NCBI GenBank assembly: GCA_965153285.1
Contig: OZ229111.1
Strand: one strand, 5' to 3'
Length of the DNA: 64,000 bases
Source: Podarcis tiliguerta
Lineage: Eukaryota
Part shown: one piece after another, positions 48,331 to 61,303 of the stretch
Numbering within the stretch: the first letter of the stretch is position 1
Layout: each line of letters begins with the position of its first letter
Notes under the pieces: generated by a model
What the model was told of the DNA's origin: nothing
The model's input: the letters and a program-made list of their open reading frames with translations, nothing else
The model's database searches: none
Position numbers and translations under genes: made by a program

Positions 48331-49206
48331 GCTGACCCCATTCGTTAATGAGGCAGAAGGCAGAGGAGGTGGTAAAGTTCTGGGTCGTACCATTTCAGGT
48401 CAAAACCAAAGGGGTCATAAAAAAATAACCAAGCCCCCCCCCCCTTCACTTTTGTAGTTTAATCATAACAGGGCTGAGAAAAGCTTCAGTGGCTGAAAGT
48501 TCCCACTTTGCTCTCCTGTCCTCCTCTCCCTGAAACGTCTATGGTAGGCAAATGTGTATCGGATTCTGGCATCTGTCCCTCAAGCTCCCCTGGGCCCAAT
48601 GAGGCAAATAATTCTGTTAATTATTTATTAAGGGCTGCTTCTGCTGTCAATAAATTATCCTTGCTATCTCCTGGAGGCCTCGCTTTCTCATTTATTAGGT
48701 TCTTGCACCATATGGACATGAAGCATGTTTTATTAACGTTGAGCGAAAACTCCCCCCTCCCCCTGCCGTCTCCCGTTTTGCTGTCTTTCTCACCGGTGTG
48801 AGGTTGTTTTGAATTATGCGTATAATCTTCGCCCTCCTTTTCCTTCTGTTTAATGTTCTGACTGCCATATCTGCTTTATCCTTAATTAACTTTTCATCTA
48901 CATGTCTTCCCCCTGCTTCCTTTCTCTGTGCCTTGTCCTTACACTGCTGAAGAATTGCCCGCCATTTTGTTCTGAATCAAATTCTGGAAGGCTCTCTGCC
49001 CCCCCCCCCGTTCCTTAACACTTTGACTTCAGCTTTGCTGTGAGGAACGCTGACAAAGGGAGGCAAAATGCATAACGACAGGGACGGTGGAATTTCGCTC
49101 AGTAATTTGCATCATCTTCTCATCCCGCGGGATTAGGTTGGTTATTAATTTGCACAAACGACCCGGGAACCCTGCTTAATACTGTGTTCATGAAAACAAA
49201 GACAAA

Positions 49207-49560
49207 TAAGAACATACATTAGCACTGCTGGATCAAAACAAAGTCTCGTCTAGGTCAGCATCCTGTTTCAGGGTGAGCAAGTACATTTCTCTGGGAAGCT
49301 TACGAAACAGTCATGAAAGCGGCAGCCACCTCCTGTTGTCCCAGCATCTGCTACAATTCAGATATATACAGTCTCTGAGCGGGAAGTCTCATGTCAAAGG
49401 GCTATTTATACACCTCTTCTCCATGAAAGTGCTTCAGGAACATGGGAATCTGGCTTACACGAAGTCAGACCACTAGTTCATCTAGCTTACTACTGTCTAC
49501 ACTGGCTGGTAGTGGCTCTGTATGGTTTCAGGATGTGTCCTTTCCCAACTGACAGTCAGG
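49207..49560 (-). mobile_element. CR1 tail and tRNA-SINE fragments
   Basis: TAAGAACATA...CTGCTGGATCA (CR1 tail); 49440-49560 is the reverse complement of the 63383 SINE body. Confidence 0.6.
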
Positions 49561-49589
49561 AAATGCCTGGTACACATATTAACTATATG

Positions 49590-50152
49590 TAGGGTTGCCA
49601 TATTCTGAAGGGCAAAATAGAGGACACATTTGCCGACTTCTACTTTAAACTATGGATCTCTATGATGACTGTGGAGGTAACGCTCCACTTTGTGAAGGCA
49701 AACCTTGCACCAGACATGCAACAGCATGTCAAGGAGCGTTGCACCTGCTTTCCCTGACCTTTTCCCTTGGTTAGAAAACAGGGTTTCCCCCCTGACCTTT
49801 TGTCCTCTCACAATTTGTTTGTTAGACATATCGCTTGGCTGGAGCATGACGGGGGACGCAGACATAATCAAGTATCGGGGTGTGTGTGTGTGTGTGTGTG
49901 TGTGATTTGAGGGAAGCACCTGTTGACATGTGTATTTGCTAATGCTGGAAATGTGCTTAGATGGAAATACATTAAGTTCAGGGTGGTTTCACTACTGTTT
50001 CCAATTGTTGACTTCTGCTAATAAAAGGAGCCAGCGTGCTTCTGTACAGCCCACCTGCATTCAACCTCCTGTCATCTCCGTTATTCCTACAGACGCCTCT
50101 CATCATGAAGAAGAGGATGTGTCCTGGGAAAAGAGGACATATGGCAACCCTA
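49590..50152. mobile_element. hAT-type (Blackjack-like) non-autonomous element
   Basis: TIRs TAGGGTTGCCATAT / ATATGGCAACCCTA with subterminal AGAGGACA motifs; flanking TATATGT repeats; internal (GT)n. Confidence 0.7.
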
Positions 50153-51771
50153 TATGTGGTGACCATGACAATAGAGAGCCTTCTGTAAATTGCAATATGT
50201 TCTATTGATGTGTTCACCAAATGTGAATGTTTTATTGTTTGTTTCCTTTAAAAAAAAATAAATTATATGTTACATTTTTATATGGACTTGTAATCTGGGT
50301 TTTTTTCTTAATTAGTTTATTTTTTTTGTATTGTAAATTGTCTAGAGGTGATTGGTTTAAGATGCTTAATAAGCTTAATTAGCTTAAGGTGACAGGCGAT
50401 AAATAAAGAAACTCTTAATCATTTTTTAGGATAGCAAAACTTCCACTAGCTACAATGTTCCTCGTGCCTAAGAAGTAACAGCACAAGAGAATAGATGGAA
50501 AGTACTTTCTGCCTGTCACAAAATAATAATTTTTAATAATAATAATTTTTTATTTCTACCCCGCCCATCTGGGATAGAAACTGCCTCTTCTTACATCCAG
50601 CCTTACCTTTCCCTATTCCCTATTTGCAACCATTCCACAAAAGACAGACATGCCCTTTCCTTGTATCTTTCTAAAACCTCCCTGTTTCCAATGTGGTATA
50701 TTGCTAAGCTTGGCCTTCTCCCTGTGGTCACCCCCATCCATCCTTACCTGTCTCCTTGTGAAGGTTTGTGGTCTTCTTCCATATTTGCTTCGTGTATCAT
50801 GTACATTATAGCCTCCTTGGGGGGGAAGGGGACTTGTCCTTTATGAATTCTCTTTTGAAGTGACTATGCAGCTCACCCTCAGGATAAACAGAGCTATTAA
50901 TATTCATGGGAGGCAAGGAGAATTCGATCACCGGGGCCTTCCCGAGAGCAGCCTAATAATCTGGTAGGAAAGAGGGAAGATGAGAGCAAAAACAAACAAT
51001 GGCTTTCACAGCTATGATTAAAGTGAGTGTCCCTGAAAGCTAAAACAGAACTCTTCACTCCCCACCTCCCTCAATGTTTCTGTTATGGCAACTGGATAAC
51101 AGGGCACCAAGAGAGATAAATCAGTGGTGTCATTTTCTGAGCACCTTTCACAGCTGCTGAAGAGACTGAGCAGAATGTAGCCAGACTCACAGGTGACAGA
51201 GGTAACTGTGGAAGGGCAAAGAGGCCCTTGGATCATAAATTCTGAGTCAACTTCATTTCTTAGGATGAGTCACGACTACCTGTTTCACAGCTGGTATAAA
51301 TGGGAGAAAATTATGTTCAATATGAGCTTTTTAATTTGTTCTTGTTGTGTATTTTGTTTTTTGCAAACAACCCAAGCACCTTAGCAGTGTTTGGTGAAAG
51401 GGGACACTTTATATGAATGAATGAACTTTTCCATGAAGCAAGTGTTTTTAATAGCAGGTACCAAAGGGCCCTTTCCATTATTATTTTTTACTCCAACTTC
51501 AAGGATCACAGGACAATTCTACATATGTTTACTTCCACTGTGAAATGTTGGGACTTGGGGGTTGTCGCCCTTTTTCCACCACAGGAAGTCAAAAAAAGTG
51601 AGAATTGAGATGTAGACAAGCTCACTACTATTTTAAACTGTCTTCACATTATGTCAGTGATATGAGTTAGTCACTCACAAATAGATTAGCTTGGAGATGG
51701 CTAGTAATAATGATGGTAGCTATAATTCTCCCTTCCCCGTGAAAGCTTGGAAACTGGCTATTGGTCTTCAT

Positions 51772-51985
51772 CAGAGATTCCCCAAACTGTGGTTTGTGGA
51801 TCACCAACCTTCATTCAGGTGCTCCACAGCATGTCTCCAAAAATACAATTCAAAATAACACAGCATCTAACACAGCACATTACAATTGCTGCAGCAGGAA
51901 GAAAAATCATTAAGAGTCCCCCCAAGGCTCAACCATTTTCAAGTGGTCTGTGTGTGGAGGAAGGGGTGGAGTTTGGGAACCACTG
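51772..51985. mobile_element. Old hAT (Charlie-like) MITE
   Basis: CAGAGATTCCCCAAACT...AGTTTGGGAACCACTG imperfect TIRs; TSD decayed. Confidence 0.6.
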
Positions 51986-53251
51986 GGTTATAGGATTAAG
52001 GCAGAATGCATTTAAGAAACAGGAATCGGTCCTTAGTGATTTTGAAGGGTAGAGTTAGGTGGGAGTTTGGGCTTGGCATTATTGATGTGAGGTAGAAGGC
52101 TATATAAAAGATTCTGTCCTCCCTGAACATTTTGATCTGCTATGGTATCTGTTAAAAAATGTCAGTTGCTTCTGAATGGCAGAGTCCCAACACCCTCCAT
52201 CACTGAAGAAAACAAGGCACATAGCCTTAATGACACAATTGACTGATTTTGTTCATTTACGAGAAGCCAAATTGCAGCATTTGTCATTTGGAGGAGGGGG
52301 GGAAATAACTTGGAGGACTTTTATAACTTCTCAATTTGTATTGTGGGATCAGCATTAATTGTTTTGGGTTATGCTTGCTGTTACAGTAGATTCATGTGCG
52401 TTATCATTATCAAACTTATTTTATGTATACTTGAAATGCTTTATTGCCTTTATTGTTTATTGTTATTGTTATTGGTGTGTTCTTTGCAGTGCTAGATGGT
52501 AGTAAAAATATTTTTAATTTTTGTATTTTTCAAAAATAATGATCATCTTAGGAGTGATGCTAGATGTGGCATATTTGATAGGTTTATTTTTTAGCAATTT
52601 GGAAAAGGCTGTAGGGAGTATGTTATATATTATTAGGGCAGAGGGGATGGTTTTATATTAGGAAAGGAAAGTATAAAGCTGTGAAAATGGAGGTCTTTTG
52701 TATGTCACGTAAGCTGTCAGGAAGGAGAAATATTTTCATATTCTGTGACACTAGCCACCCTTGGGATAGGATGAAGTACAAATGTAAATAAAGAAAAAGA
52801 AGCCACACACATAAGGTTTTTCCCTCAATCCAAGTGAGCTCAGTAAGGCATCTCCAGGGATTCTCCTGTATATACCATTTAAGCAGTGCCTCTGCAATCA
52901 GAGAAGGCCAATGTCTATATTGGTAACTGAAGCTAAAATGGGAATTTTATAGGAAATAAGTGTTTCATGCTTCCAGCTCTGAAGATTTTTAAAGTGAGAG
53001 GGACAATCAAAGGATCCCAGCATGAGATCCCACGGTGCAAGTGAATGTGAGGTGGTCCCAAAGGGATTGAAGAAGTGGCAGCTGTCAGGGAATGAACATC
53101 TGCAAAAGAAGGAAGATGTTGAAAAGCACAGCAGCTTTTGGATGTTGACTTCAGCCAGAATACTGATAGCACAATCTGGTGCTTGGCTTGTCAGTGAACC
53201 TGATACCAGAGAAGTGAGATTAGGCATCATTAAACAAAAATCAGCAATATT

Positions 53252-53307
53252 AAGCAAGCAAGCAAGCAAGCAAGCAAACAAACAAACAAACACACACACA
53301 CACACAC
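53252..53307. repeat. (AAGC)n(AAAC)n(AC)n compound microsatellite
   Basis: Direct reading. Confidence 0.9.
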
Positions 53308-55692
53308 TAAGACCATCTAGCCTCTATTTCGACTGCTGGGAAGCTTCAATCACAACAGACCAGGATTACAGTCAGCTATAATTTTTATGTATGATATGAT
53401 GAGAAGGACCTCCTGGACATAGCAATGTAGTTCTGGGTTTTCCATGACTGGGTGGTGCAGAGATCTGATTGGCAAAAGAAAGGAAGATTGACAGATATAT
53501 ATCCTAGAGTTTCTCTAAGTTGACATGGAATGCCATGCAGAGGGCATGAAAGTGTGTGGCTTTGAGAGGTGGTTTTTTTTGGGGGGGGGAGCTTGAAATT
53601 TCACTTGGGCTAGTGGCCCAGTAGACCTAGGGTCCCAACCTGCACCACCCATTGCCTTTTATGTGCTGTGTGGAGAGAAAGGAGCCCATTTTCTCCTCAC
53701 ACAGCACAGAAGCCAAGCAATCTGCCTACAGAGAAATTGCACTTGTTCTCCTGAGACAGATCACAGAGTACCTGCGCTATGTGCTGAGAAAGAGAGTTCC
53801 TTTCTCACAGAAGCCAAATACTGCCACTGTCCTCTTTTTCTCTCTGTGTTGCTGAAATGAAGATGTTCGCTCTGAGGTAAATTCTTACCCATGACAAAAA
53901 CCCATTCCATCCTCTGCGAATAGCCTCACTGATTTCACCGGGGAGGAGGGCAAGCGGAGGCAAGAAAATCAACTGTGAAATGAGGAGACCCAACACCTAC
54001 AAGCCACCTTCATGCACAATATACTCTGTATTCCCTCATAAAAATGTTAACAGCAGCTTGGGTATGGCATAGCGCACACATTTCTCTCCACCCAGTTGCT
54101 TCATTTGCTCTCAAAATAATAGTAAGATGTACAGCTGGGGGAGGGGAGGAAAGTGGTGTTGAAATGCTTCCCTCACAACGTAGTCGGCAGGTGAAAAAAA
54201 AAATGGTTCCCGGAGTGGTGAGCACATGAGATGGTGTAAAACAAGTCCTAGAGGTGGCCAGTTAATTAAAAATGCTTAAATTGTGCACAGCCCCTCAGAC
54301 TGATCACATACTGAGGGATGATTTGTGACACGGCTTTATAAATATAGAACATTCCGCCCACATGAAAATCATGAGAGGGGGAGTTGACAAGGCTCTGCTG
54401 ACGTCCCACATTTACCTCTCCAATTTCCCTAAGGGTGTGGGGGGAAGGAAATGAAGATGTAATTAGTAGATACTATTTGCAGGGTAACATTAGATTCTAT
54501 TCAATCTTACAAAAGCACTTGACATTCAGGAAGAAGGCTCTTTTTTGAGTGGAATAAAAAGCAAAGGTCCATAATCAGGGTGTGTGGAGAAACACACTAA
54601 GGATGGAATTATCTGAAGATCTTGGCACCACACAGATATTTTCCCCCAAACTCCTATCTCACTCCTGGATCTTGAAGAGAAGAGGGTGTTGTCGTTGCCC
54701 CCTCCCCCGCACTGGTTCCACTAAAGATGTGAACAATTCTTGCATATGTATGGTCTATTAGATGCTGTATCCCATGTATTCGTCTATTTAATATATATCC
54801 CTTCCCAAGGAAGCCCAGGGCAGCAAACACAATACACATTCTTATACATATAATATGCTCTGTACATTGTAAGCATAAACCAGGGTTGTGCAGCAACCAC
54901 AAGGTTCACCTTGAATCTGTATCTGGAGACTTTGGAAGCAGCCCAGTCTGTTTTCAGATTGACTCTGTGTTGATTCATTATTTGAATCCACATCTGACCT
55001 GTTAACTTCAAAAGTTCTGCTTTACCTTCATTGACCATAATGGGGAATAAAAAAATGCCACTGAGTATCAGAATCACACAAAAAATGCTACTGAGTACCT
55101 GAATTAGACAGGTGGTGGTGTGTTCTGCTGCGAGTGAAAGCAAGAAACATGTAAGTCAAGCAAAAAGTCAAGGCAAGTCTCCTAAGCAGGTCAGGACCCT
55201 GGTCAGCTTCTTGGCCCTGCTCCCAGCAGCCCTGCTATTACTAAGTTTTGGAAGGTACTGTCTCAGAAAAGAGCTGGTGGCATCAGAGGCCTTTTGTCAT
55301 TAAGGCCTATGTTTCAGTTGGCCCTCTTTGAGGAGCCAGCTTGTTCGAATCTGCAGGCACTGACTGTTATGCAGTCAAATGAAAGGAGATAATATTGAGG
55401 AAGGTGAGAAAGCTATATCCCCAGGCCAAAACAACCCAGGGAAGGTGTTGAGTGTTCTCCCCTGAGTGTATACTATCTTGTGTTTCCTCGTCTTCTGTAT
55501 CTTCCTCAGGATAGTATGCAGGCCTGGTGCTTGGGGGTCTTGACATGTGAAGTATATTGCATCAGTTCATCTCACATAATTGGGTCCAATAAATTGGCCT
55601 CATCCCTAGAGTTCTAATACTCAGACACCATGCCAGCACTCCAAGGTCACTAGGACTATGTGTGAATGAGCCTGTTGAAGCTGTAGCCAGTT

Positions 55693-55977
55693 AGGTCACA
55701 TGCACCCTGCACATTTGAAACACTATGATACCACTTTAAGCTGCCATTTCATCCTCAAAGAATTTTGGGAGCTGCCCCTATTCCCCTCACAGAGCTATAT
55801 TTCTCAGTTCCCTGTGAAGAGCAGTCAACCATTAAAACATTCTGGAAATTGTAGCTCTGTGAGGGAAATGGGGGTCTCCTGACAACTCTCAGTACCCCTG
55901 CCAAACCCAAGCTCCCTTAATTATTTGGGAGAAACTACGACTGCTTAAAGTGGTATCATAGTGAGAATGTGACCCTA
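55693..55977. mobile_element. PIF/Harbinger-like MITE
   Basis: GGTCACAT...ATGTGACC termini and the internal inverted pair CACTATGATACCACTTTAAGC / GCTTAAAGTGGTATCATAGTG. Confidence 0.65.
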
Positions 55978-57265
55978 GTCTCCAAATCCAGCTTCCTGTT
56001 CCTCTGCTTGTATCTAGATATGCATCCCACCACAACAATTTTCCTGGTTTTTGAATTGTGGTCTCATTGTATTGTGGTCTTGCTGTCTCGTCTACAAGTC
56101 TGCTGCAAGGCCTTATTCAAACTTATTGATAGCTAATTAATAGCTGGTGGCAAAATGCCTCAATCGTTCCCATTGCGTTTGTAGTGCTGCTCTTCTTTAG
56201 GTGTGCAAGAAAATTCTCTCTCTCTCTCCCCTGCCCCTGCTCAACAATAGATGGCATTTATTCTGCCTGTTTCATCTCTGGCCTCCTCATTTCTGTGCTT
56301 TGCCACCCAGTCATCACTTTGTCTTGTTCAGAAATTCATGTTGAAATATGAAAGCAGCCAAAATTCAAAAGAAACAGAAAAATGAAGTTAGTAAATCCTG
56401 CTGATACCATACAGTTCCTCTATATTGTGGTGACGCAGAAAGCAGCGAACAATGAATCATGCCCCCAAGAACAATACCATCTGTTGTAAAACAGATGATA
56501 CTTTTCATCATTACACTGACACAGCTTGTTAATAGAATTTTGATTTTTCTTCCCCCAGTGGATGGGAATATATATCTAAAAGTTAGCATTGTGTTAGAAG
56601 TGCATGGTAGATTCGACAGCAACTCCTTACTTTTTTATAGAGAGACAGATCCTGATAGTTAGCGTGAGTTATTATTCCCCCATGAGACCAGGACGTGGAT
56701 TTCTCAGGAATACACTTCATCCAACCAACAAAGATGAACTTGGAAATGAAAACCTCATTTTCTGCTCTTCCAAGAATTCATCAGGTTCTGATTGGCTCTA
56801 AGCCCAGCCATTAGATTGTCTGGGAACTTCACTGAATATTTCCTGGTTCAAGTCACTTTTGTACAGTCCTGGACATTGTTGCCAGTAACCAGTGTCTGCC
56901 TTGGGTTTTTTTAGCTGCCATATTTGAACCTCTCTCTATTCCTTCTGATGTTTGCAGTTTTTGACAAGTTGCTGTAATTATTGAAAACAAGCTTGTCGTC
57001 CCCCTTAAATAAATAAACCGGTTTAATTTTTCTGTCAGTTTAGAGCATGAAAATGTTTAAATGCGCACTGTCCTTTTACACTACTCCTTTAACGTGAGTG
57101 AGGATTTCAGAAGTTGTTTGTAGCACTATAATTTCCAAAAACTTCTTTGTGTGGAATGCAAAAAGCTACCTCAGGCTAGGTCGGTCTACTTGTACATCCA
57201 GCTGTGATGGGCCATTAAGATTTGCTGGTCCTTTGCCTCATTACGCAGGCCCCAATCCACACCAG

Positions 57266-57665
57266 CATACCCTCCAAGCATCCCAATTTTCCAGGGACAA
57301 TCCCCGAATGACCAAAGCCACCCCAGCTTCTGATTTGATCTTTATTTCCCCTGCCAGTGCTGCTGGCCTCCTCCATTGGGCAGCTCATAGTGAATAAAAA
57401 ATAAAATAAAATCAGGACTAAGAGGTTTTCTCAGGATGGTGGAAGGCGTGTGTGTTGTTTGTGCTGTGCCGTGTTGGTGACACTTGCCCATCTTCTGACA
57501 GGAAATGCTCTGCAGCGGGGGCAGACGCAAAACGGGTTGAGGAGAGTCAGTTGGGGTGGGGGTGCGGGAGTGAGAAATGTCCCTGTTTTCCCCTGAGGAA
57601 TGTTGCAGAGTATGCACCAGCAAGGCCCAAGCAGGCAGTGGATCCTGAGGAAACCATATGTGGAC
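57266..57665. mobile_element. Old hAT-like non-autonomous element
   Basis: Left end CATACCCTCCAAG...GGGACA and subterminal TGTCCC motifs; right boundary approximate. Confidence 0.4.
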
Positions 57666-58072
57666 ATTGTCTGGAGGCTCCACCTGTGCTAGAAGGAGCA
57701 GGGCAGGACACGCTCATCCATCGGCCTGATGGGAGGGATCTGGAGAATATAAAAACGCCTCAGCAATGGTGAAAAGCGGCAGTGGGAGTATAGAGGGAAC
57801 ATCCCTCTTTTGATGTGCCCATTCTGCACTACTGTCTAATATGACTGGCAGTGGTCCTCCATGCTTGTTGGGAAGGGATGGGAAAGCCATGCTGGTTTTT
57901 GCCATCCCTTGCTACCCAGTCCTTTTAATTGGAGGTGCCAAATGAACCCAGGGCAGGACAGTTTTGATTGATTATTACATTAATATTCTACCTTTCCTCC
58001 AAGGCACTCAAGGTGGCATACGTGTTTCTCCCCTTCTCCCCATTTTATCCTCACAGTAACCCTGTGAGGTAA

Positions 58073-58174
58073 TAAATAAAATAAATAAATAATTGTCCAG
58101 TAGCACCTTAGAGACCAACTAAGTTTGTTCTGGGTATAAGCTTTGGTGTGCATGCACATTTCTTCAGATACATA
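58073..58174 (-). mobile_element. Penelope-like element terminal fragment
   Basis: Minus strand GTATCTGAAGAAATGTGCATGCACACCAAAGCTTATACCCAGAACAAACTTAGTTGGTCTCTAAGGTGCTACTGG plus (ATTT)n; 8-bp TSD TGAGGTAA (58065-58072, 58175-58182). Confidence 0.8.
58134..58171 (-). ncRNA. Minimal type I hammerhead ribozyme motif, probably inactive
   Basis: Stem I GUAU/AUAC, core CUGAAGA, palindromic stem II UGUGCAUGCACA, then CAAA in place of the invariant GAAA, and palindromic AGCU stem III. Confidence 0.7.
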
Positions 58175-58291
58175 TGAGGTAAGTTAGACTGAGAGATGGT
58201 GACTTGCTCAAGGTCACCCAGTGATCTTTGTGACTGACTGGGGCATTAAACCCTGGCCTCCCAGGTCCTAGTAAAAGGGAAATGTCATTTT

Positions 58292-58662
58292 GGTAAAGGA
58301 CCCTGGGTGGTTAAGTCCAGTCAAAGGTGCCCACGGGGTTGTGGCACTCATCTCGCTTTCAGGCTGAGGGAGCTGGTGTTTGTCCACAGACAGCTTTCTG
58401 GGTCATGTAGCCAGCATGACTAAACTGCTTCTGGCACAACAGAACACTGTGACAGAAACCAGAATGTAATGAAATGCTGTTTATCTTCCTGCCTCAGTGG
58501 TACCTATTTATCTACTTGCACTGGTATGCTTTCGAACTGCTAGGTTGGTAGGAGCTGGGACAGAGCAATGGAAGCTCACCCCGTCGCAAGGATTCGAACC
58601 GCCAACCTTCTGAATGGCAAGCCCGAGAGGCTCAGTGGTTTAGCCCACAAGGCCACTTGCGT
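58292..58662 (-). mobile_element. Sauria/Squam1 SINE, older diverged copy, nested
   Basis: Core GGTACCTATTTATCTACTTGCAC...TTTCGAACTGCTAGGTTGG and B box GGATTCGAACC; many CpG decays. Confidence 0.9.
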
Positions 58663-60984
58663 GGTCCAGCACTCTAACCACTACACCACAGACTGGCTCT
58701 AGTTAAAGTTCACATGCATTGCAGTTACCAAGTAGAAAAAGTTGCCATTCTACTGATACCTTGGGAGGGGGTCTTTTTTGTTGCTGCTGCTGCTACACCG
58801 AGATTAGGCCAATACATTTTCAGTAACCGCCAGTTGTTCCTTGTTGTGTGCGAGTGAAAAGATAAATACCTGCTTTCTAAAAATAAAATCACATCCGCTC
58901 CAGGTATCCAGAGAACTTGTACATATTCCCTTTAAAGAAATAACAAGTGCCTGCGTTTCAGGCATTATGACCTTCCGCAGGGAACCCTCAAAGAAGAGGA
59001 AAAATAAAGCTTTTTTGTGTGTGTCATAGCCTGAAATTTTCTGTCTCTCTGATCAGCAGCAATTTGGCTCACAACAGAAAGAGGCAGAAGGTAGATGAGG
59101 GGCTGCTGCAGAAAATAGAAAAATGATACCAGGAAAACAGATGAGAAAATCATGTGTGTCTGATTGAAGAGAGTGCGGGCCGAGCCAAGCAAGCACATGT
59201 TTTCTAAACACACACTCGTCCATTGGGCTGTAAAGCAGGCGTGGGCAGGGGGAACCGGATGATGAGAGTGACATCAGACCCCTTCCCCACCTTACATCAC
59301 TACACAGATTTTGGCTGCTGGAAGACACCCCCTCCAGTCAACTGGTATCTGGTATGGATGGGATGGGGAGGTATTTAAGCAGTAGTCGGCGGGAATATTA
59401 GGGGTGGGGGTTGGGTAGGTTTTGCTCCATTTTAGTGCTCTATTTGGTGACAGAATCAGACTCCCCAACCCCCTGCTGTTTAGCTAAGCTAGCTAAATGC
59501 ATGTGTGTGGTTGGTTGAGAAAGGTGGAGAAGGAGGGGCAGGAGTGAGCTGGCTTAAACAAATACTATCAGTTGCTCTAAAGTAAAAGTGTACAGTGTAT
59601 TTCACTCTGGATGCAGAATTTCAGCATTAAAATAAAGTGCCTCTCCCTGCCCCCTCCCCAACAGAGGATGCCATGACTTGCTTTGGGCATGACCGCTGTG
59701 AAAGATGATCATTCGTAGAATAGGGCTGCAACTTTAGCACCTCCTCCCATCACCATGCAGCTCCTGGACTTATGGGGGCCCCTCCCTCATTTTAGAAACC
59801 TGATGGTTTAGGGTCCTCTTTATTTCTGAAAGTATCCCAGTTCGTATTACCTGGATTCCTGGGCTTCTACAAGGGAAGATCTAGCAAAATTGGTTGGACA
59901 CTGGTCATGATTGCTGCTGCCATGCTTATCATCAAACAGTTCCATTTTGCCATTTCTTACTGAGTCAGGTGTTTCCCTTACCTATGTGCTTCTCTTTATT
60001 GGAGAGGGAAGAACTCCGTTGCAGATCCTTGCATTGCTTTCTCAGAGGTGAGAGGATATTGTGACAAGTGTGGCAAAAGTAACACATATGTCCTGTTTGT
60101 TGAGCACTTGATAACAGTGAGCTGCTGTTTGTGCCCTGGAAGCTAAAACTCAAGTCACAGGAGCAGGCAGCTCAGTACATAGGACAGCTCAGTCTATTTA
60201 ATTATAGCGTTTCACATTTTGTGCCCTTTTGGTGGCCTTTTCTGAAGGCTTTTCTGTAGCAATGCTCTGTCGAATTTCAAATTCTGTGATTTACATTTAG
60301 AGGAGAACTCCTAATCACCCTACTTGCCAAACTTATACCCACTCAAAAGCTGCAGCGCCAGTGCATCAAATATCAACATCTACTGTTAAAAGTGTTTAAA
60401 CTGATTGTGTATATTCAGTTTCAGGTTTCTGGTGCAATGATGTAAATCAGTTATTCTTAGACATTTTCACCTTTATAGGGTAAGTTAGCTGACAATCTCA
60501 TGGAAAGCTGTGGGGTAGTAAAAAGAAATTAAACAACTTGGTTTAATTTGCCAGTTTCAGTCATTGAACCTTGCAAAGATTTGTGATTTTCAGTGGAAAA
60601 ATAAGTTGAAACACTGAAATATAAAATACATACACACATCATTTTATCTGTATGTCGCTTTTCCATAGTTAAATCCATGCTCAAGGCTGCTGACAACATG
60701 AAAAAAAATCACATTAAAAGTAGTCACAAACAACAAAGCAAGCACCAAAAGTACACAACCAAACTGAACAATTTTCACACAAATCACAATAGACGAAACA
60801 AAGATACAATAAAGTCAAAAATAGCAACAACCTACCGCCAAAACAAAAACTCCTAAACAATACCCCAGCTCAGAAGTCAGTTCAGTTTTTGTAGTTGGAG
60901 TCAGTCAGAGCCCCACTCTGCCAGGCCAGGTGGGAAAAAGCCTGCGAGGCAGGAAGCAGATCTTCCAGGACTCACAGCCAAGAT

Positions 60985-61303
60985 CAGGGGTAGGCAACCT
61001 AAGGCCTGTGGGCCAGATGCGGCCCAATCGCCGTCTAAATCTGGCCTGCAGACGGTCTGGTAATCAGCGTGTTTTTACATGAGTAGAATGTGTCCTTTTA
61101 TTTAAAATGCATCTCTAGGTTATTTGTGGGGCCTGCCTGGTGTTTTTACATGAGTAGACCATGTGCTTTTATTTAAAATGCATCTCTGGGTTATTTGTGG
61201 GGCATAGGAATTTGTTCACCCCCCCCCCCAATATAGTCCAGCCCACCACATGGTCGGAGGGACAGTGGACCGGCCCACAGCTTATAAAGATTGCTGACCC
61301 CTG
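60985..61303. mobile_element. hAT (Charlie-like) MITE with an internal duplication
   Basis: CAGGGGTAGGCAA...TTGCTGACCCCTG; 8-bp TSD GCCAAGAT (60977-60984, 61304-61311); ~62-bp block GTGTTTTTACATGAGTAGA...GGTTATTTGTGGGGC present twice. Confidence 0.92.

Larger units (their letters stand above)
57975..58698 (-). mobile_element. CORE-type SINE (Squam3-like) hosting two later insertions
   Basis: Reverse complement of the 36457 element in three pieces: 57975-58072, 58175-58272 and 58664-58698. Confidence 0.85.

Noticed and set aside
52290-52520. L1 3' UTR remnant (also the A/C-rich tract at 60700-60860)
   Set aside because: Only compositional resemblance; no TSD or coding motif long enough to support a call.
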